Counted from the first letter of the stretch, positions 50,735-63,150 are shown. The stretch is DNA of 64,000 nt from the human T2T-CHM13v2.0 reference genome, Homo sapiens (GCF_009914755.1 NC_060947.1); one strand, 5' to 3'. The notes: generated by a model not told the origin, from the letters alone. Made by a program: numbers and translations.

Positions 50735-52269
50735 TTGTAGTGGCTCTAGAAAGAGAGAACTGGACACTTGTAAACCAGGAACCCCTTCAGTCCCTAGTTT
50801 CTGGGTAGGAATTCAAACAATACGGGGACCTTTATACCAAGGCCAGAACATTTATAATAATCATCCAAACATCAGAGTATCATAGGTTAATTTTGAATAG
50901 ATGTGGTTTTTAGTCTCTATCTTTTATAGAAAAGATAATCTGTGCCTGGAGGAGAAGCGGGATAGGATCAATAGTTAAGCCTGACACCCCTTTCTTGGCA
51001 AAGCTGTACACTAGTCAACTTGCCTTAACCTGGACCATATTTTCCCCTATTTTTGCATTCTCCTTGATATTGTAGATCATTTTAAATATTCTCAATGATG
51101 CTTCTTTATAGTCCTACTTCTATCCCTTGTAGTGTCACTCTCTCATACCCCATGTCTGTCTTTACCTGAGTGCATTGTGGCTCAAATCTACCCCATCCCA
51201 TCAAGAGGCTTATTCCTTCAATATTCAGAAGATTCCCTCAGATCTCAACATGTGTTAAGAATAAATCACATTATTTAACCTAATTCAGACTAAGCCCAAT
51301 TTAATATGTGTCCAACCCTTCAAGAGATAATGTGATTTTTAAGGGAGGCTTGCTGTTTCAAAGGAATGAGCCTCTAATGATGAACATTTAGGTAGTGTTA
51401 TGAGATATAGGTTGGAGGGGGCAGTTACTGACATTCCTGAAATTAGACTATATAGGAAACCATAAACAGCTACTGTTGACATAGCTCTTGTACCCACCCT
51501 ATGCTCCATTCCTTTGTGAACTTTTCCTTTCCGTTAAAGAAAACTTACCTAGTCTGTGTCCTAGCTCTTGACCCCTGAAGATGTTGTCAGTGGACTAACT
51601 GTTGCCCAGATGTTAATAAATGACAACTGCTTAATATTGTACCAACTCCCTTACAATAAGTTTAAAGGACAGAAACTGGAGACTGATTGGACATAGTAAA
51701 AGAATAAAAAGGGTTAAATATGATCCTGATACTTTGTACTTGGAGCTAATTCTGCCTTCAGTTATAAAAATGCATCTTCTATTAATTTATACCCATGTAA
51801 TTGAAAACAAAGCTTGGCCTTTAAACAATTGCCTTTGTATAGCCCTAATAAAATCACTCTGTGGAGTTTTTGTCTACTACTATGAAAGGCCAGTTTGTCA
51901 CTTTAGGTATTTCTGAGGATGCATTTTGGGAGAGAAAGGATGGCTCTATCAAGAGTCATTAATATCAAATTATCCTTACAAGAATGACACACTTGTAATG
52001 TTAGATGAAATTGACACTGTGGTTCTCCATTGGGGATTTTTTGCACTGCCAACTTTCTTTAATCAAAACACAAGAGGAAATAAGTGAGACATATTTAAAC
52101 ACTTATAGAAAAAACCAAATTTCCCAAACCAATGAGGTAATTAATTTATATAGCACATATTGGAATAGGTTTTTATTTTTATGCCTGTGTGTATGAAAGA
52201 GAGAATGAATGTCCAGTAATTTGGCACAGTCTCAAAGTGCCATAGAGTTAACATCTTTGTTATAATATC

Positions 52270-52580
52270 AATAGCTGATATTTATTTAGCATCTACTACA
52301 TGTCAGATACTTTTGAGGGGATTTTAAAAATTATTTAAAAAATTTTTGTGCATACATAATAGATGTATATATTTATGAGGTAAATACACTTTTACTTGTA
52401 AGTTTCTAATTAATCCTCACAACAATTCTTTGAAGGGATTCCTCCTGCTACATTTCCTGTTTTTCAGGTGAAGAAACCAAGATACAGATAGGCTAGGTAA
52501 TTTGCCCAGTCACAAAGGTAGAGCTAGGTTTGAACGCAGATGATCTTACTCTAGGGGGTGTATTCTTAACAGTTGCACTA
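52270..52580 (-). mobile_element. Antisense MIR split by a ~60-bp antisense L1MA 3' tip (~52325-52385)
   Basis: MIR taatcctcacaacaa...tttcaggtgaagaaaccaagatacaga...taatttgccca; L1 aatttttgtgcatacataatagatgtatatatttatgaggta. Confidence 0.65.
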
Positions 52581-53073
52581 TACCTATTTTTTTTTTCTAG
52601 AACTCTCAGCTTCCAAAACAGATGCTTCTAAGCTTTCTAGACTACTAAATCATTGTTCTTTAAATATTATTGTACTAAGCTAGTAGTCTGGTTGAATTTT
52701 TCAGTCTGTAATTACATATTCCAATTTTATAACTAAATACCTGCAATACAAAAACATAGAAGTGTGCTTGTTTCACTTTCAGTTAACTTTTCTAGATATA
52801 AATTATCAACTATACATTTCAAATATTTTGTCTAGTTTATTATTAATTTATCCTACTTGGTGATAGTGAAACTTGAGAATCTTATATATTGCAACATTGC
52901 ATTAAAACGAGCTTTTCTTTTTCTTTTGAAATACATTCTTTTGTATCTATTTGTCCCTTAGTGTCTACTCAACATAATATGTGAAAGATCACTGAGAATC
53001 CCCTCTGGAATAAGGAGTGTGTTCTTTAGTTACCCTTCTCATTCTTTCTAAATTTATCTATTTCCCTTTGCAG

Positions 53074-53152
53074 CTCTGTGTAACCTTCAACCCTTGGAAG
53101 CTCTCTTCGTTATTTTGCGGGAATCTGCTCCCACAGTCAAATCCAGCGGATG
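53074..53152 (+). CDS. NRK: NRK coding exon (exon 10): (P)LCNLQPLEALFVILRESAPTVKSSG(W)
   Basis: ttgcag|CT...TG|gtaaag; 79 nt, phase 1/2. Confidence 0.95.
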
Positions 53153-54222
53153 GTAAAGATGAATGTCTTAATCTCCTAATTACATTGACTTGACATTTTT
53201 ATGTTAGCAAAGAAGTTTTAATTCATTTGGTCAGTCCTGCTGCACCATCCTGGTTGGACAATATTTCCTAAAGTCTAATATCTTAACTGGGAGGTCTAAA
53301 TGACCAGTTTTCATTAAGAGGTAGCTAGCCAACTATAAATAAGTAATATCCTCTATAGTATTTTCTGATGATATTACTGTACTGCCATTAATGGGCATGT
53401 TCAGTTGTTTCCCCAGTAATGGGATGAACTGATGGCAACTATTTGTGAAGTTTCTTGTGTTGCTTATATAGGCAGTCAGTTATATGCAGCCCTGTTGATT
53501 AGTACATTAAACCAAACACACACAGACCTAGAGCAGAAGACTTGTTTTCCCAGGGCACTTACATGCCAGCTAAACTTGGGAATCCTTCTCTCTGAAGCTT
53601 GTTGATCTTGTACCTGAAACTCTTGCTTATTATTAGTTTTTATTGCTTTCCCTGGTAGAAGTGGTGACTGTGATTTGATTGTTAACATTCTGCATTGGAA
53701 TTCAATTTAACCCTTTCCATGGATTCAGTTTTTATGGCCACATCTGTTTTCATGGGTCATTTTACAAGATTAGTTAGTCCTGGTGCTTTTAACATCCTAT
53801 TTTTGGATCATTATATTCATTCCTCTGTAGTTAAAACTGCATATAGTCAAATGAAAAATACAGAGTATGACTGCTGTGGGCCGATCAATCTAGTCTTGCA
53901 GACTACATATATCACATTAACCATTTAATCATCATATCTGCACTTGAGTTTTTACCAGGTACATACAGTTAACTCATTGAAACTTCTACTGTAATTTAGA
54001 TGGAATATGCTATTGACTCTTGCTTCTTTTTCTGAGGTCTAAATGGCCTCACTTTATAACGTATGTTGCCAAACTGCAGGATATTTGGCAATTGAGAAGA
54101 CAATAATACCTAAAGGCAACTCTCTCCAAATATGATTTTCAGAGAGGCATGTGGGTGGTGGTGGGAAGAGGTCTGACAGGACTGAGAACACTTTTTTTTC
54201 CTCTCTTTGACTCATTTTTTAG

Positions 54223-54398
54223 GTCCCGTAAGTTCCACAATTTCATGGAAAAGTGTACGATAAAAAATTTCCTGTTTCGTCCTACTTCTGCAAACATGCT
54301 TCAACACCCATTTGTTCGGGATATAAAAAATGAACGACATGTTGTTGAGTCATTAACAAGGCATCTTACTGGAATCATTAAAAAAAGACAGAAAAAAG
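54223..54398 (+). CDS. NRK: NRK coding exon (exon 11): (W)SRKFHNFMEKCTIKNFLFRPTSANMLQHPFVRDIKNERHVVESLTRHLTGIIKKRQKK, end of kinase domain
   Basis: ttttag|G TCC...AAA G|gtagaa; 176 nt, phase 2/1; RPT..LQHPF subdomain XI. Confidence 0.95.
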
Positions 54399-54570
54399 GT
54401 AGAATCTGTTAAGTTTTATTTTACTGAAATGAATATTCAGAGTTTATTCATGTATTGTTTCCAGGAAAAAGTAATATTTGTTTAAGACTTAGATTGAAAA
54501 TAAAACTTCTGAGGCCTTTGATATTTAGTTTTGCCAATAATATGCCATGTGCTCTTATTTAATTTTCTCT

Positions 54571-54573
<3 letters not shown>

Positions 54574-54617
<44 letters not shown>
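54574..54617. repeat. (GT)22 microsatellite
   Basis: Direct read. Confidence 0.95.
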
Positions 54618-54620
<3 letters not shown>

Positions 54621-54980
54621 GTTACTAATTCTTGCCAGTTACACCTGGCAAATGTTCATATTTATGAAGACCTTGAAAGCATCCAATAAAGTTTTGTGAT
54701 ATGCCAATTTTAAGTAACTAACTAAATAAAATAAATAAAAGATAAAAGGTAACAAAATGTATATCTTGCTTTTTTTTCAGCTGGTATTTTGACTCTACAA
54801 GAGATAAATGGATTTGTAATTAACCATTTATTCACTGCTAATTTTGAAGTAGTATTTGTGCACCATACAAAGCTTGTTTTATGTACTAAACTCCAAATAT
54901 AAAATATAATTAAAGGAACTGATTTATACAAATAAACATAAACTTCTGTCTATTAATAAAAGTGAACTTCTATTAAAAAT

Positions 54981-55049
54981 GGCAGGATTTGCAGTGAGCC
55001 AAGATCATGCCACTGCACTCCAGCCCGGGTGACAGAACAAGACGCTGCC
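54981..55049 (+). mobile_element. Alu 3'-terminal fragment with A tail
   Basis: ttgcagtgagccaagatcatgccactgcactccagcccgggtgacagaacaagac...caaaaaaataaaaataaaa. Confidence 0.85.
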
Positions 55050-56048
55050 TCAAAAAAATAAAAATAAAAGTACCAGGATGGATTTTCACCAAGTCCAGAA
55101 GAAGCCCCTGGGAAGTCCTAACTTTATATATTATATTACATATTCCACATTTGATTTTGCGGACCATAGGCAGAGTTGAGAGTAACAATGGAATGTAAAA
55201 GGGAAAACTTGAAAAAGCAGGCATCCTCAGATCAGCTGTGGGATTGATTGTAGTGGGGCTTGTTGTATCTATACATGTATCATGTTTTGAGGCAAGGAGC
55301 AGCAAGAATTAATTTATTTACCTATGGTAATGAAGTTATTCAGCCAACTTTACAGAGGCCAGCCAGTTTCAAATGGGTTCAGGAAAACCACACATCTATA
55401 TGGTAATTTGCTAATTTCCAGAATTGCAAAATTTCCAAAATGTTACCTGTAGGAAAAGTTCCATTTATATGGAAGTTACACTAAAGATATAAATATAGTT
55501 GCCCTGAACATTTTAATATAGGAAATTCAAAATAAAACTCTTGTTTGTAATCTTCTATATTTCAGTAGTCACAGTACAGCTGATGATAGGAAAGAAGCTG
55601 AATGTTTTCAATGTGTTTAGTGTAAAACACAGAATTAAGAATTTGCCTTCTCATTGAAAAGACCAAATATCAACCTCAAGCCATAAAGTCCTTACATCTA
55701 GAGCCCACAGCTGTAAGCCATGCTCACCACTATTTAGAGTTTCTCTTGTCTCATTCTCCCTTTGTCCCATTCTCTCTTCTTCCTCTTTAGAATTGCAGAA
55801 ATCAAGTTGCTAAATTTTCTCTGTTCAGAGAAATTAATCTGCATGCAATAGCTATATTGTGCTGCAAAAGTGGGCCTAGAAACTAGAATATGGTCTACAT
55901 CACAAACCAAGTACTTTTGAAGGGCTACCTTCTTGCCCTTGTAATTCACTCCACATCCTAAGAAGCAGAGGGAACAAGGTGATTAAGTGGATAACATGCT
56001 TATCTGCTGACTGTTTATGCATTATGTTTTTCTCTTTTGTAAAAAAAG

Positions 56049-56112
56049 GAATACCTTTGATCTTTGAAAGAGAAGAAGCTATTAAGGAACAGTACACCGT
56101 GAGAAGATTCAG
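56049..56112 (+). CDS. NRK: NRK coding exon (exon 12): (G)IPLIFEREEAIKEQYTVRRF(R)
   Basis: aaaaag|GA...AG|gtgcgt; 64 nt, phase 1/2; needed to reconcile phases between exons 11 and 13. Confidence 0.9.
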
Positions 56113-56535
56113 GTGCGTTCCACAAATTGCATATATAATTTGATGATAGCAATTCACATAAGGCCGTTGATTCCATACTGTTGCCTTTGGTTCAGAAAGA
56201 CTTAATTCTTTCTGATACAACAAATAACAAATCTCTGTTTTTAAGAGATATTGAGTGAAAATGTGAGAATTCTTTATTACTACCCAAAGACTCCTTAATA
56301 TCTGGCAAGTGAAGATCAAGTAGATATCATATTTCATTAATAATTGAATACATTAGTAATACAAATGTTACCTGCAGAATATTTCAGACATCAAGGGAAT
56401 GATTTCAGAAAGGTTTACTGAAGGTATCTTCATTGCAGAAAATGTCCATCTTTTAAAGTAAAAACAATGCCCCTGAATGGCTCCATTCCACTAAAAATTC
56501 TAATTGTATGCCAATCATTTGTGTGTTTATTTTAG

Positions 56536-57691
56536 AGGACCCTCTTGCACTCACGAGCTTCTGAGATTGCCAACCAGCAGCAGATGCAGACCACTTAGAG
56601 TCCTGCATGGGGAACCCTCTCAGCCAAGGTGGCTACCTGATCGAGAAGAGCCACAGGTCCAGGCACTTCAGCAGCTACAGGGAGCAGCCAGGGTATTCAT
56701 GCCACTGCAGGCTCTGGACAGTGCACCTAAGCCTCTAAAGGGGCAGGCTCAGGCACCTCAACGACTACAAGGGGCAGCTCGGGTGTTCATGCCACTACAG
56801 GCTCAGGTGAAGGCTAAGGCCTCTAAACCTCTACAAATGCAGATTAAGGCACCTCCACGACTACGGAGGGCAGCCAGGGTGCTCATGCCACTACAGGCAC
56901 AGGTTAGGGCACCTAGGCTTCTGCAGGTACAGTCCCAGGTATCCAAAAAGCAGCAGGCCCAGACCCAGACATCAGAACCACAAGATTTGGACCAGGTACC
57001 AGAGGAATTTCAGGGTCAAGATCAGGTACCCGAACAACAAAGGCAGGGCCAGGCCCCTGAACAACAGCAGAGGCACAACCAGGTGCCTGAACAAGAGCTG
57101 GAGCAGAACCAGGCACCTGAACAGCCAGAGGTACAGGAACAGGCTGCCGAGCCTGCACAGGCAGAGACTGAGGCAGAGGAACCTGAGTCATTACGAGTAA
57201 ATGCCCAGGTATTTCTGCCCCTGCTATCACAAGATCACCATGTGCTGTTGCCACTACATTTGGATACTCAGGTGCTCATTCCAGTAGAGGGGCAAACTGA
57301 AGGATCACCTCAGGCACAGGCTTGGACACTAGAACCCCCACAGGCAATTGGCTCAGTTCAAGCACTGATAGAGGGACTATCAAGAGACTTGCTTCGGGCA
57401 CCAAACTCAAATAACTCAAAGCCACTTGGTCCGTTGCAAACCCTGATGGAAAATCTGTCATCAAATAGGTTTTACTCACAACCAGAACAGGCACGGGAGA
57501 AAAAATCAAAAGTTTCTACTCTGAGGCAAGCACTGGCAAAAAGACTATCACCAAAGAGGTTCAGGGCAAAGTCATCATGGAGACCTGAAAAGCTTGAACT
57601 CTCGGATTTAGAAGCCCGCAGGCAAAGGCGCCAACGCAGATGGGAAGATATCTTTAATCAGCATGAGGAAGAATTGAGACAAGTTGATAAA
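56536..57691 (+). CDS. NRK: NRK large coding exon (exon 13), Gln/Glu/Pro-rich repetitive intermediate region (GPSCTHELL...EEELRQVDK)
   Basis: ttttag|A GGA...GAT AAA|gtaaga; 1156 nt, phase 2/0; lies inside the 408-aa ORF 56504-57730. Confidence 0.96.
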
Positions 57692-58326
57692 GTAAGAATT
57701 TTTGATATTTTTACTCTGAGTCAAAAATGAAGAGAAAATGTGATAGCTCATGCGGATGTTTTTTCTCAGTAAAACCAAATGAAATAAATATTCCTTGTGT
57801 TCTACAGAAGATATACTAAATAATTTGTACTTCAAATAAATTTTCATGAAATTTCTAGATAATTGTAACTAAATATGATAAAAATATTTTTCAGTATCTC
57901 TACTGAAATATAGCTTTAATTATTAGTTTTCTGTCTATTATTCTTTAACCAATAAAGTGTCAACGAATGCACATTAAAAATTACTATTTTGGATCTTTAA
58001 AAATTACTTTCATAGCTTAAAATTTCAAAGATAACTCATCAAAAATAAGCACAAAACAAAATTTGCTTTTGTTACTCTAACCTTTAAGTTAGTTTATTCT
58101 TTCTTCCAATAGAATGCCAAACTATACTATTTGAGTGAATTACACTCATTTTTGTACTACAGGATGTTTAAATCAAGGTTAAAATGAGAAGGCAAAGCAG
58201 TTTCCAAAATATTTGGTATATGGTTACCATATTTATGACTTGTTTCACTAATTTGCTGCCCGTTTTACATAATTAATCAATTATGTGGCCTCACAGAACG
58301 TGAAACAATTTACAAATTATTCTCCG

Positions 58327-58952
58327 TGTTAGAAGACCAACAGGTTCGTATGCCCACTGCATAGTAACAGACCAATTACACATGCATCAAGAATGCAGCA
58401 GAAGAGTTTAATGATCAGCAGGGCATGGAGTGAGGAGGTGGGGAGGAGACCCTCAAATCCATCTCCTGGAGGAGTTCTGGGATGGGGTTTTTAAGGGGAT
58501 TGTAGAGGGTGAGGTGCTGGATAATTGGAGTTGTTGATTGGTCAGGGTAAGGTTGATGGTCCTTGAAATCATCAGGATGTGGAAACTGCATTTTTTGATG
58601 AGTCAGCCTCTTGTGGGGTCCTTCAGACCAGTTGGCGTCAGTGGGGTCCTTCAGACCAGTTGATTGACAATAGTTTCACTGGTATGCAAGACCTGAAGAA
58701 ATATCTCAAAGGAAAAACAACATTTCATAATGTTCAAGTTGTTATCTACAGAGCAGTTAAGGGGAATGATGATGTTGCAACAAGGTCTACGTGAGTCTAG
58801 GAAAATAGGCAACAAACATCTATTGAGGAAGGAGGTCAGAGAGCAAGCTGACCTAAAGATTAATGCTAAACGTGCTGCAAGCTTGGTATATTTTTGTTTC
58901 TTCCCCTCTCTTCTTCTGTGATTAATTTTATAAGTTAATAAGGGTGGTTTCA
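58327..58952 (-). mobile_element. ERV1-class solo LTR (LTR26-like by recollection), antisense
   Basis: Minus strand begins TGAAACCACC and ends TAACA; 4-bp TSD tccg/tctg; internal CCAAT, TATA-like and ATTAAA signals in LTR order. Confidence 0.8.
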
Positions 58953-60125
58953 TCTGTACCCTTTTGAAATGTGGAATACAGTGTGTTAAACTCCATTTTA
59001 TCTAAGAACAGTCACTAAAACGTAATTGTTTCAAAAATCCTTTAATAAAAAGTGAATATAATTTTACTGGAGTTATTGAATTTAATCTGGTGGATTCTAA
59101 ACTGATAATGAAGAATTATGGGCTTGATAACAAATTAATGAGGTTAGATAAGGTTAGGGGAGCAGTTGTTTTCTAATACTCCCCACATCCATTTGTGTAA
59201 AAGGAATCATTGTGATGATCCTAACTTATACCCTTTTATCCACATCTATTTACCCAATAATAATCATTGTAATAATTACAAATGAATTTTATCTGAGTAT
59301 CTAGATAAGGAATTCTTTGAGTTTGTGCACATTGAGCCAATTAAACAAATGCTAATTTGTTGACATGTTTAACATGAGAAAAGGTAGGAGCAGCAAGAGA
59401 AGCAAGGCCCAAAAGGGAAAATGGATGTCTAGTTCTCAGAGAAAAAGGGAACTATAAGGAGCAAGAAACTAGATGGAGAAAAGGGAGGTTTAAGTCTAGA
59501 ATGGTGACATTTGGCAAAAACTAGCTCATCTAAAATGCTAATGATTATTCTCGATGAACCCTAGTAATCAATTAGATCTAATGGGTTTTGCATTTATGAA
59601 TAAGACTTTTATTGATCTCTGAAAGATTCAGTGATACCAGCATGGCACACACTTATTGTCATTTATTGTTTTAAACATATATGTGGAAAGCCATTCTAAA
59701 ATTTTTAAAAGTCAATAAATAATAGTTACCAATCTCATGACTCTAGGATATTGTACAAGCATTTATATCTTTATATGTGGTCGTTGAAGAAAATATAAAG
59801 GAAAAGAAAATTATTGATAATATAGTCAAAGTCACAGATCTTCATGATACCTGAAATTTTATTAGAGTTGAGAGACATAGGTGGGTGCTTTAAGTCACCA
59901 GCAGGAAACAAAAAATGCATTTTTATTAATCTTTCAGTTGAAGAGATAATATTGATTGGATTAAAGGGGAAAACAGTTTCCTAAAGTCCTAGATCTCAAT
60001 TAGGGAGAAATATTTGCACCACTGTATTACAGATCTTCCATTGCTCAGGAAGACCAAACTTTGGTTATAATAGCTTGCTAAATGTGACAGTTAGTTTGGT
60101 GTTATGAGTCAATCAAGTTTTAGGC

Positions 60126-60288
60126 CAGAGATTCTTAACCTGGACCCTGTAGATGAACTTCAGGAGGTCAGCAATCCACCAGAAAATATATGTAATAGGT
60201 ATGTCTATATGCAATTTTCTGTGGACAGTCTATAGCATTTCTCAGATTCTGAAAGGGATCCAGAACCAAACACTATTAGAAACTACTG
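60126..60288. mobile_element. Short hAT-Charlie MITE (Charlie4z-like)
   Basis: cagagattcttaacctgg...tctatagcatttctcagattctgaaaggg...ttagaaactactg terminal inverted repeats. Confidence 0.65.
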
Positions 60289-60456
60289 GTTTAAATCATT
60301 TTTAATATTTGGATATTATTCTTTTAAATTGTGTATTATTTTAAATTATATATTATATAATACATATAAACAATTCAGCATTAAGATGATGAAGTTGTTC
60401 CTATCACTTGCATTTTAACAACAATTAAAACAATTACTTTCCTTTTTGTTTCAAAG

Positions 60457-60564
60457 GACAAAGAAGATGAATCATCAGACAATGATGAAGTATTTCATTC
60501 GATTCAGGCTGAAGTCCAGATAGAGCCATTGAAGCCATACATTTCAAATCCTAAAAAAATTGAG
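60457..60564 (+). CDS. NRK: NRK coding exon (exon 14): DKEDESSDNDEVFHSIQAEVQIEPLKPYISNPKKIE
   Basis: tcaaag|GAC...GAG|gtaaat; 108 nt, phase 0/0. Confidence 0.92.
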
Positions 60565-60611
60565 GTAAATTTTTCAATATGAGTTGTTGTGACATTAGTA
60601 AGAACCCAGAA

Positions 60612-61590
60612 CAGTGGTTCTTAAACTTTTTGGTCTCAGTGTCCCTTTATACTCTTAAACATTGAGGACCTCAAAAAGCTTTCATTTTTTACATGGGTTG
60701 TATCATTTGATATTTAATTTATTAAAAGTTAAAACTGAAAAACATTTAAAATATTAGTTCATTTAAAAGGAATGAAACTATTACATGTTAACATAAGAAA
60801 CACATTTTTAATGAAAAAACTGTATTTTCCCAAAACAAAATTTTAGAGAGATTGACATTGTTTTACTTTTTTGTAAGTCTCTTAAATCTATCTTGCTTAA
60901 TGAAAAACAGCTGGATTCTCACATCTGCTTCTGCATTCAATCTGTTGCCATGTGTTGTTTTGGTTGAAGTATACGAATAAAAGCTGGCTTCTCACATATA
61001 GGTAGTGGGAAAGAGTCAATTTTCATAGATTGCTTAGATAATTGAGTAAATTATTGAATAATGTACCAAAACTAGAGAAGTGGAATCTAAAACCATATCA
61101 ATGAAATGTTGTATATTCAGTTAATAATAAAACTCATTGATCTATCTTATGCTATGAATAGATGTTTTGCTTATGCATGATTTTTAACTTCATGCATTGA
61201 TCAGTTGGAAAATACTGGTTCACTTTGTATATAGATCTTCCCAGACATTTACATGTTTCATTATACAATATCAAAAAACAGCATTTGTTAATGTTACCAT
61301 CAAGTTCATCATAAAAGTTACTGAGTGTTGTTAAATTGTCAAGTGCTTGGTGGGAGATATGTTTGAAAATTCTAATTTTCCTTTGCAAGCTCAAATTTTA
61401 TCATTGCTAAATTGTGGCATCATTTTTTCCCCTTAAATTGACAGGTTTACTTTATTCATTAAAAATAAAATGTCTACCAAATACCCAGAGTTTAAATAAT
61501 CATAGTTTGTCAGTCTTTCTTTAAGCAAAAATATTGTACATTAAAAATTCTGGCAGTTTCGTTTTGTAACACAAACACAAATATTTTTCC
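60612..61590 (-). mobile_element. Charlie1-type hAT DNA transposon fragment
   Basis: TIR cagtggttcttaaactttttggtctcag...cagctggattctcacatctgcttctgcattcaatctgttg; 3' boundary approximate. Confidence 0.78.
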
Positions 61591-63150
61591 TTGATTAGCT
61601 CTGGTCTGGAATGCAGTTTGTGACAGGGTCTGGGACATTTAATCTATGTTTTGTTTTGTTTTGTTTTACAATTATAAGAATAATTAAGTTAGTCCTAGTG
61701 TCCATTTTGACTTCTGTTTTCATGAGTATATTAATAGTATCCTATTTAGAACATATATTGGTGAGGCCGGAGTTGTAGGTTTTCTTGTCTAGAAAAGGTA
61801 GCATCATCATCATAGCCAGTATTCCTAATAGCCAGCCATCTAAAACAATCTTTTTGTAGATTGTTTTGAACAATCAAGTAGATTAGGTGAGTGTGTGAAG
61901 AACTCAAACTCTTGCCTTATTGATGGTGGGTCAGGAGCCTCATTGTTGCTCCTAATCAGCACAAGATGTTACACAGGAGTCTACTATGAAGTCTTTTATG
62001 GACAACTCTCATTTTTAAGTACAATTCCCCTAATACTAACAGTCCTCTGAAGTTAATAACAAAGAGTATTGTTTTATAAGTACTAACCACTGGCAGAAGG
62101 TACATAAGCCAGACTGTATTATATAATTAGAAGAGGCAATATGTCTTTTTCTTTGCCTTATTAAATGACTTTACTCAAACTCACAGGTAATAATTATTAC
62201 CTTAAACCTGACACTTTAAGCAGGAAATGTAATGAGCTGTGTCTGATTTGAAATACATCATTATCTTAGTATATGCTATTCTTACTAATCATTTTCTTCT
62301 CCCCAGTTTTGAAATTAAATACAGCCAATTTATATTAGGAATTATATTTTTTATTTTTGGCCGTTACCTATTTTGAGTAATTTTTGCCTCCAGTAGTGAC
62401 AATAAACTTCCTAAGATCAGCTTCATAAGCCAAAAGTCCCCGACTGGGTCATATGATACCAATTATATGAAATGAAAGTGGAAAAAAATAGGCAGATACT
62501 TACCCTCACCTACTTGTCTCTCGGAGTGTAGAGAGAGCCTTGATAAGCCACTTCATAAAGAAAAAATAGTTTACTAAGGCTACTCTAGTTTCTAGAAAGT
62601 ATAGAATGAGTTTATCAGCATGCATATGCTAGATTAAAAAAGTAACACTCTTAAATTTCCTTTTTAAAGAATCTAGTATGACTGCCTTATTGCATGTCAG
62701 AATGACCTATGTTTTGGGCAGCTAAAACTTCTTTGAGTAGAAACCTGGTGATACAAGTCTTAGTGAGGCAAGGCAACATTCCCTGGCCCTGTCTACCAAT
62801 GTTGGCAGAAAGTAAAATTCCCCCATTGGTGGAAGCTGGCTTATTATATGCACCCTTTCTTGAGTATTTGGCTATATTCAATGATTGTATGATTAGTAAA
62901 ATGCAAATTAATCTATTTAGAGTTGAAACAGTACTTGGAACACTAATTATGATAGTACAGTCAAATTGTAAAGCAGAAAAACATACTTTCTTACTTTCTT
63001 AAAGATGGGACACTTTTGACTAGAGAGATTTTAATGAAATGTATGTATGTGTGTGTGACAACTTTTGAAAATCTAGGGTTAGCTTAAAAGGATGAGTGTA
63101 TAAGAATTAGAACTTAAATTCTGAGTAAGAAGTTTAAACTTGATATAAAA

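Noticed and set aside
56913-57509. Antisense ORFs of 113 and 77 aa over exon 13
   Set aside because: Expected shadow ORFs of a GC-richer repetitive coding exon; no independent coding signal
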